Below, piece by piece: positions 58,309-64,000 of a stretch of 64,000 bases of DNA. Position 1 is the first letter of the stretch. Each line of letters starts with the position of its first letter. A program made the position numbers and the translations under genes. Below the pieces are notes generated by a model that had not been told where the DNA came from, did no database searches, and saw only the letters and a list, made by a program, of their open reading frames with translations. The stretch comes from a bacterium (GTDB taxonomy: Bacteria > Bacillota > Clostridia > Christensenellales > CAG-138), in contig CAVIJJ010000001.1 of the NCBI GenBank assembly GCA_963643205.1, forward strand, positions 6,651-70,650, given 5' to 3'.

Positions 58309-60315
58309 ATGAACGAACGTATGGCGCAGCTTGTCGCGCTGCTGAATGAATATGCCGAGGCTTACTATCGCTACGATGCGCCAAAGGTAAGCGACAAGGA
58401 GTATGACGAGCTTTTTGATGAGCTTGTCGGGCTTGAAAAGGAAACAGGCGTAACTCTTGACGATTCCCCAACCAGGCGTGTTGGCTTTAAGCCGCTTGGG
58501 CAGTTTAATGAGCATAAGCATCTTGGAAGGCTTTGGAGCATGGACAAGGTGCGCTCAAAGGAAGGACTTATAGAGTGGAGCAATCGCGCCGAAAAGCTAA
58601 GGGAAGAATATAACCGGGCTAACCCCACAGCGCCCTTGCCCGAGTTCCGCTATGCGCTCGAGTATAAGTTTGACGGACTTACCATAAACCTTACCTATGA
58701 CGGAGGCAAGCTTGTGCAGGCTGCAACGCGCGGCAACGGAGTGACCGGCGAAGCCATACTGCCGCAGGCCATGACTATACGCACGGTTCCGCTTACCATA
58801 CCGTTCATGGGGAAAATGGAATGTCAGGGTGAGTGCTACATGCGCCTTAGTGTACTTGATAAGCTTAATAAAAGCGGTGAGGAGCAGCTGAAAAATGCCC
58901 GCAACGCCGCCGCCGGCGCATTAAGAAACCTTGACCCGGCCGTTACCGCAAAAAGAAGGCTTGATGTATGCCTTTACAGCGTTGGATACATTGAAGGCAA
59001 GGAGCTTCGCGAGCATGCCGACACGATTAATTTCCTTAAGGAAAACGGTCTGCCCACAAGCGACTTTATGGAATTCTATGATAATATAGAGGATGTATAT
59101 TCCGGCATAGAGCGTGCGGAAGAGCGCAGAAGCAGTCTGGACTTCCTTATAGACGGAATGGTAGTAAAAATAGTTGACGGGGCAACAAGGCGTGCCCTCG
59201 GCAGCACGGATAGGTTCCCGCGTTGGGCAATAGCGTTTAAGTTCGCGGCGGAGGAAACAACCACAATATTAAAGGATGTTACCTGGGAGGTTGGCAGAAC
59301 CGGCAAACTTACGCCGCGCGCTCATCTTGAACCCGTGGAGCTTGCGGGAGCTACAATAAGCCACGCTACGCTGAATAACTTTGATGATATTATAAGAAAG
59401 CGCGTAGGCATAGGGTCCAGAGTGTTTATAAGGCGCAGCAACGATGTTATTCCTGAAATAACCGGCGCCGTGCCCGACGATAAGCCCGAAAAAGAGATAG
59501 AAAAGCCTACAAGGTGCCCGGCTTGCGGAGCGCATGTGGAGCACAGGGGAGTGCATTTGTATTGCACAAATTCGCTTTCGTGCCCGCCTCAGATAGCGGC
59601 CCGCTTGGCGCACTATGCGTCGCGGGAGGCAATGGATATAGATACGTTTTCCGAAAAAACCGCGGCGGTGCTTGTGAAGGAAAAAGGACTCAAAAGCATA
59701 CCGGATCTGTATGACTTGACCGAGCAGGATTATATGGAACTGTATGGCTTTAAGGATAAAAAGATCGCCAATTTGATGCAGGCTATAGAAAAAAGCAAGC
59801 ATCCCGCGCTTGGCGCATTCCTGTTCGCGATAGGCATACCTAATGTCGGCTCGAAAACGGCCAGGGATATAGCAAAAAAATTCGGTACGCTTGAAGCTGT
59901 AAGAAATGCGACTTTGCAGCAGCTTACGGAAATTCCTGATGTAGGAGATGTTGTCGCGCAGGATGTTGTGGATTTCTTTAACGATGAATCCATATCCGGG
60001 CAGATAGATCGCCTCCTTGCCCACGGAGTTCAGCCCATGAACGAGGAAACATCGCAAGCTCCGGGACTGCTCAGCGGCAAAACGGTGGTGGTTACCGGTA
60101 GCATGGAACGCATGAGCAGAAGCGAGATTGAGTCACTTATAGCCGATCTTGGCGGCAGGGCGGCATCCTCAGTAAGCAAAAAGACAGATTTTGTAGTTGC
60201 CGGACCGGGGGCTGGAAGCAAGCTTAATAAGGCGAACGAACTGAACATAAAAGTGATGAGCGAAAATGAATTTTTTGATTATATAGGAGAAAATGATGCG
60301 GATAGGCAAGCTTGA
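58309..60315 (+). CDS. ligA: NAD-dependent DNA ligase
   Basis: Adenylation motif EYKFDGL, zinc finger CPACG...C, HhH repeats, C-terminal BRCT (GKTVVVTGS...). Confidence 0.95.
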   Translation: MNERMAQLVALLNEYAEAYYRYDAPKVSDKEYDELFDELVGLEKETGVTLDDSPTRRVGFKPLGQFNEHKHLGRLWSMDKVRSKEGLIEWSNRAEKLREEYNRANPTAPLPEFRYALEYKFDGLTINLTYDGGKLVQAATRGNGVTGEAILPQAMTIRTVPLTIPFMGKMECQGECYMRLSVLDKLNKSGEEQLKNARNAAAGALRNLDPAVTAKRRLDVCLYSVGYIEGKELREHADTINFLKENGLPTSDFMEFYDNIEDVYSGIERAEERRSSLDFLIDGMVVKIVDGATRRALGSTDRFPRWAIAFKFAAEETTTILKDVTWEVGRTGKLTPRAHLEPVELAGATISHATLNNFDDIIRKRVGIGSRVFIRRSNDVIPEITGAVPDDKPEKEIEKPTRCPACGAHVEHRGVHLYCTNSLSCPPQIAARLAHYASREAMDIDTFSEKTAAVLVKEKGLKSIPDLYDLTEQDYMELYGFKDKKIANLMQAIEKSKHPALGAFLFAIGIPNVGSKTARDIAKKFGTLEAVRNATLQQLTEIPDVGDVVAQDVVDFFNDESISGQIDRLLAHGVQPMNEETSQAPGLLSGKTVVVTGSMERMSRSEIESLIADLGGRAASSVSKKTDFVVAGPGAGSKLNKANELNIKVMSENEFFDYIGENDADRQA

Positions 60316-61264
60316 TAACGATAAGCTTAACTCATTAATACTTTCTAAGTTTACCCATATACGCAGCGAGGTTCTCTGCTCTCCTCAAATAGGTGTGGAC
60401 TGCGCGGCCGTTGACATGGGCGGTCGGATAGCCGTGCTGTCAACCGATCCCATAACCGCGGCAGGCAATCATATAGGAGCGCTTACAGTGCATGTAAGCT
60501 GCAATGATGCCGCTGCGGCAGGAGCTGAACCGGTAGGACTTCTTACAACCTTGCTTGTGCCGCCAACGGCAACCGAGGATGATATAGCGGCCGTTGCGGA
60601 TGAACTTAGCGCCGCGGCAAAGGCGGCAAACGTAGAAATAATAGGTGGGCATACAGAGGTTACCGATGCCGTAACGCGCATGGTAACAAATGCCGCTGTT
60701 CTGGCGAAAGCGGGGGAGAGAGGTATACTTACGCCCGGCGGAATGAAGGACGGGGACAGTATTGTTCTTTCCAAATGGGCTTGCCTTGAGGGAACCGCTA
60801 TAATCGCCGGAGATTTTTCTGGCAGGCTTGAAAGCGTAACTCCCGAGGAGATTGAAGAAGCGCGCGGATACATAAACTATGTAAGCGTAGTCAAAGAAGG
60901 ACTATTTGCTTACGCGAACGGAGCGCATGCCATGCATGACGTTACCGAAGGCGGAGTGTTTGGTGCCGCATGGGAAATGAGCGAAGCATCAAACGTAGGC
61001 ATAGAAATATATCAAGATAAAGTACCTGTTAAACCGATTACGAAAAAGATATGCGATGAGTTTAACCTGAATCCTATGCGCCTGCTCTCAAGCGGAGCTA
61101 TGCTTATTGCCTGCCCTGATGGGGAAGGACTTGTGAACGGGCTTATGAAAATGGGAATACACGCGGCTGTGATAGGCAAGGCGTGCGGACAGGGCGTGCG
61201 CACATCGGATGGCGTGACCATAGACCCGCCGGGAGCGGATGAACTCTATAAACTCTATAAATAA
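60293..61264 (+). CDS. AIR synthase-related (PurM-fold, HypE/ThiL-like) protein
   Basis: GVDCAAVDMGG...STDPIT...ND.AA.GA.P N-terminal PurM-like signature and IIGGHTEVT. RBS AGGAG. Overlaps the ligA 3-prime end by 23 nt. Confidence 0.75.
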   Translation: MMRIGKLDNDKLNSLILSKFTHIRSEVLCSPQIGVDCAAVDMGGRIAVLSTDPITAAGNHIGALTVHVSCNDAAAAGAEPVGLLTTLLVPPTATEDDIAAVADELSAAAKAANVEIIGGHTEVTDAVTRMVTNAAVLAKAGERGILTPGGMKDGDSIVLSKWACLEGTAIIAGDFSGRLESVTPEEIEEARGYINYVSVVKEGLFAYANGAHAMHDVTEGGVFGAAWEMSEASNVGIEIYQDKVPVKPITKKICDEFNLNPMRLLSSGAMLIACPDGEGLVNGLMKMGIHAAVIGKACGQGVRTSDGVTIDPPGADELYKLYK

Positions 61265-61361
61265 TGCTGATATTGGCGCTGTAAACCCAAACAATGGGGT
61301 TCAAAACAGCAGCGCGGTATGCTATAATAATTAGGTTTACAGCATCAAGGAGGCTTATTAC

Positions 61362-62243
61362 ATGGTAAGCAGCATGACGGGCTTTGGCCGCGGCAAAGCC
61401 GCGCAGGACGGACGAGAGATGACGGTGGAGCTTAAAAGCGTAAATCACCGCTATTTGGATCTTTCATTCCGCATGCCAAGGCATATATCGTTTGCGGAGG
61501 ATACGCTGCGCGCGGCACTGAATGACGGCTTGTCCCGCGGGCATGTTGACGTATATGTGAATTACAGAAATACGAGAAGCGACGCCAAGGAAGTAAGGAT
61601 AGACACGGCACTTCTCGGGGCATACCTTAAGTCCGTTAAGGCAGCGGCGGCCGAGCTTAGGGAAGAAAACGACATGACTCTTTCAAACGCTCTTAAACTG
61701 CCGGATGTTACCGATATTGTTGAGGCGGATGAGGACGACGAGGCCGTTAAGGCACTGGCGGTTGAGGCGGTGAATAAGGCGATTGCGGAGCTTACAACCG
61801 CAAGGCGCGGTGAAGGAGAAAGGCTTGCCGCCGATCTTACCGCAAGGCTTGCAACAGTAGAGGAGCTTAGAACCCAAATAGAGAGCAGAGCGCCCATGGT
61901 TGTTGAGGAATACAGGACCAAGCTTAATGAGCGCATAGAGGCAATGCTTGGCGGTACCGTTGAGGTTGATAAGCAAAGGCTTGCGACAGAGGTTGCGTTG
62001 TTTGCCGATAAGGCCAGTATAGACGAGGAATTGGTAAGGCTGAAGAGCCATACCACGCAGGCTGCGGAACTGCTTAACCAAAGCGAGGCGGCCGGCAGAA
62101 GGCTGGACTTCGTGGTGCAGGAGATGAATCGTGAGTTTAATACAATCGGTTCAAAGGCAAACGATGCGGAAATAGCGAGGCTTGTTATACTGGGCAAGGC
62201 GGAGCTTGAAAAAATCCGCGAACAGGTTCAGAACATAGAGTAA
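61362..62243 (+). CDS. YicC/YloC family endoribonuclease
   Basis: SMTGFGRG..., E.KSVNHRYLD..., C-terminal QEMNREFNTIGSKAND...K.E.EKIREQVQNIE. Confidence 0.9.
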   Translation: MVSSMTGFGRGKAAQDGREMTVELKSVNHRYLDLSFRMPRHISFAEDTLRAALNDGLSRGHVDVYVNYRNTRSDAKEVRIDTALLGAYLKSVKAAAAELREENDMTLSNALKLPDVTDIVEADEDDEAVKALAVEAVNKAIAELTTARRGEGERLAADLTARLATVEELRTQIESRAPMVVEEYRTKLNERIEAMLGGTVEVDKQRLATEVALFADKASIDEELVRLKSHTTQAAELLNQSEAAGRRLDFVVQEMNREFNTIGSKANDAEIARLVILGKAELEKIREQVQNIE

Positions 62244-62257
62244 TCAGGAGTGAATAA

Positions 62258-62869
62258 ATGAGAAACAAAGGTGAGTTGTTCGTTATTTCAGGGCCTTCAG
62301 GCGTAGGCAAGGGCGTAATATGCAAGGCGCTTTTGCTTGCCGATGATAGAATACGATTCTCCGTGTCTGCCACAACGCGGGCGCCGCGTCCCGGCGAGGA
62401 GCATGGTGTAAGTTATTTCTTCGTAACCCGCGAGGAGTTCGAGGGAATGATACAGCGAAACGAATTGCTTGAATACATGGATGTATTCGGAATGAATTAT
62501 TACGGAACCCCTAAGGCTTATATAGAAAAGCTTACATCAGAGGGTATAGACGTTATACTTGATATAGATGTTAACGGCGCAAGAAACGTTAAAAAGCAGA
62601 GGCCCGAGGCAGTAAGCATTTTCATATTGCCGCCTTCCATGCAAACGCTGCACAACAGGCTGGTAGGCCGCGGTACGGAAACGCCGGAAGCGGTTGAAAA
62701 ACGCTTTGGCAAGGCCAAGGAAGAAATATCCCATGCCACCGAATATGACTATATAGTCGTAAACGATTCGCTGGATACGGCAATCGCGGATGTAGCCAGT
62801 ATAATTAAGGCCGAAAGGCTTAAAGCATCAAGAAATGATATGGTTGAAGAACTGTTGAAGGAGGAATAA
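62258..62869 (+). CDS. gmk: Guanylate kinase
   Basis: ISGPSGVGKG, S.TTR.PR.GE..G..Y.F. Confidence 0.95.
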   Translation: MRNKGELFVISGPSGVGKGVICKALLLADDRIRFSVSATTRAPRPGEEHGVSYFFVTREEFEGMIQRNELLEYMDVFGMNYYGTPKAYIEKLTSEGIDVILDIDVNGARNVKKQRPEAVSIFILPPSMQTLHNRLVGRGTETPEAVEKRFGKAKEEISHATEYDYIVVNDSLDTAIADVASIIKAERLKASRNDMVEELLKEE

Positions 62870-62874
62870 ATACC

Positions 62875-63069
62875 ATGATGAACAAACCGTCTATCATAGA
62901 CCTTCAGAAAAAGGTAAACTGCCGCTATATGCTTGTTTCCATAGTGGCAAAGCGCGCGCGCCAGCTTGTTGGGCAGGATGAGCTGCTGAATAACCAAAAG
63001 GCTGTTTCATACGCGGTAAACGAGCTTAACAATGACGAGCTTGAAATAACCTACCCCGAAGAGCAGTAA
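62875..63069 (+). CDS. rpoZ: DNA-directed RNA polymerase subunit omega
   Basis: 64 aa. ...NCRYMLVSIVAKRARQL... Follows gmk as in most Firmicutes. Confidence 0.9.
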   Translation: MMNKPSIIDLQKKVNCRYMLVSIVAKRARQLVGQDELLNNQKAVSYAVNELNNDELEITYPEEQ

Positions 63070-63080
63070 AAGCAAAAATC

Positions 63081-63108
63081 AAAGCGCCCGCATTCAGCGG
63101 GCGCTTTT
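63081..63108. terminator. Bidirectional intrinsic terminator
   Basis: AAA-GCGCCCGC-attca-GCGGGCGC-TTTT, between convergent genes. Confidence 0.8.
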
Positions 63109-63116
63109 CCCTTATC

Positions 63117-64000
63117 TTAAGCTTTAGTGGTTTTTAGAGCGCGTATTATGTTTTCTACGGTTGCTTCCATGTCTCCTTTGGCGCGCTGCCGCATGAGCTT
63201 CTTTTCCAAGGCTACTCTGTTAATACTGAATACGGCCGTTAGCCCCACGTCATAGGCCGGTTCGATTCCGTCCGCTATGTCTCCAACAACGGCTATTGTG
63301 GGTACTCCGCATTTATGCGCTCGTTTTGCAACGCCTATAACGGTTTTGCCGTGCATACTTTGCGGGTCAATACGTCCCTCACCCGTAAGAACAAGATTCG
63401 CGCCGGAAAGCATGGATTCAAAGTTTATAATATCCAATAAACCCTCTATACCCATCTGTATTTTGCCTGAAAAGAAAACCATCATGCCAAACCCCATGCC
63501 GCCTGCCGCGCCGGATGAGGGAGCATCGGCCAAATTCTTTTTGCCGGATACATCCGCCAAATGCTCTAAACCTGCGTCAAGGCGCGCTATCATTGCCGCA
63601 CCGGCACCCTTTTGCGGACCGAATACATTTGCCGCGCCGGATTCACCTAAAAGCGGGTTATCCACGTCGCACATAGCAGTAATCTCAACGCGCTTAAGGA
63701 TTGGATTAAGACTTGTATAATCTACTTTATCAATATCTTTAAGTGTTTTCCCGACTGGGGTAAAGCGCTGCCCGTCCTTATTATAAAATCCTATGCCTGC
63801 TGCCGCAGCGGCTCCGCAGCCGCCGTCATTTGTGGCGCTGCCGCCAAGCCCTATAATTATTCGTTTCGCGCCGGCGTTTGCCGCGTCGCACATCAGTTCT
63901 CCAATGCCGTAGGTTGTGGTTATCTCAGGATTCTTGTTGCCGTATACAAGCGGAAGACCGGCGCAGGATGCGGTTTCTATTATGGCTGTACCGTCGGAAG
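63117..64000 (-). CDS. Glycerate kinase (partial; 5-prime end beyond window)
   Basis: IIGLGGSATNDGG, ...VLTGEGRID.QS..GK... My hand translation upstream of the track Met stays open to position 64000 (...SDGTAIIETASCAGLPLVYGNKNPEITTTYGIGELM...). Confidence 0.85.
   Translation of the reverse strand, partial: SDGTAIIETASCAGLPLVYGNKNPEITTTYGIGELMCDAANAGAKRIIIGLGGSATNDGGCGAAAAAGIGFYNKDGQRFTPVGKTLKDIDKVDYTSLNPILKRVEITAMCDVDNPLLGESGAANVFGPQKGAGAAMIARLDAGLEHLADVSGKKNLADAPSSGAAGGMGFGMMVFFSGKIQMGIEGLLDIINFESMLSGANLVLTGEGRIDPQSMHGKTVIGVAKRAHKCGVPTIAVVGDIADGIEPAYDVGLTAVFSINRVALEKKLMRQRAKGDMEATVENIIRALKTTKA

Overview
This window looks like a gene-dense chromosomal segment of a Firmicutes/Clostridia-type genome. 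That placement is an inference from three things: GGAGG-type ribosome-binding sites, lipoprotein signal peptides, and the block nusB-xseA-xseB-ispA-dxs-tlyA-nadK-argR-recN (41.3-50.9 kb), which has the same order as in Bacillus subtilis. I support about 64 protein-coding genes, one T-box leader (pheST), one gene remnant, several intrinsic terminators and a few near-consensus sigma-A promoters. I found no rRNA, tRNA, CRISPR array, transposase, integrase or phage gene.

Most content is housekeeping:
- typA, pgi, pyrG, nrdR, pgeF, the asp23-amaP-DUF2273 operon and deoB
- pheST, pcrA, ligA, yicC-gmk-rpoZ and a partial glycerate kinase gene
- the nfeD-floA flotillin operon
- an amino-acid ABC transporter
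- a LysR regulator divergent from a Na+-dependent (SNF family) transporter
- an ArsR/CadC-type repressor with a Zn/Cd-type P1B ATPase

The window is rich in cell-envelope genes: one class A PBP, one class B PBP, two SEDS proteins and two paralogous peptidoglycan-binding proteins.

I see no clear-cut novel system such as a defence island. The most interesting candidates are all envelope-related:
1. An unassigned C-terminal domain with an H-x12-G-H-x-C motif, shared by the two PG-binding paralogues that flank pbp1A.
2. A translationally coupled FHA-SEDS-bPBP module with no kinase or phosphatase nearby.
3. A periplasmic-binding-fold lipoprotein translationally coupled to rodA.
4. An extreme His/Cys tract, encoded by hexanucleotide repeats, at the N-terminus of the metal ATPase.
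5. An orphan LPXTG-like sorting-signal remnant upstream of pyrG.

All functional calls come from motif and family recognition by eye. No database search was run.
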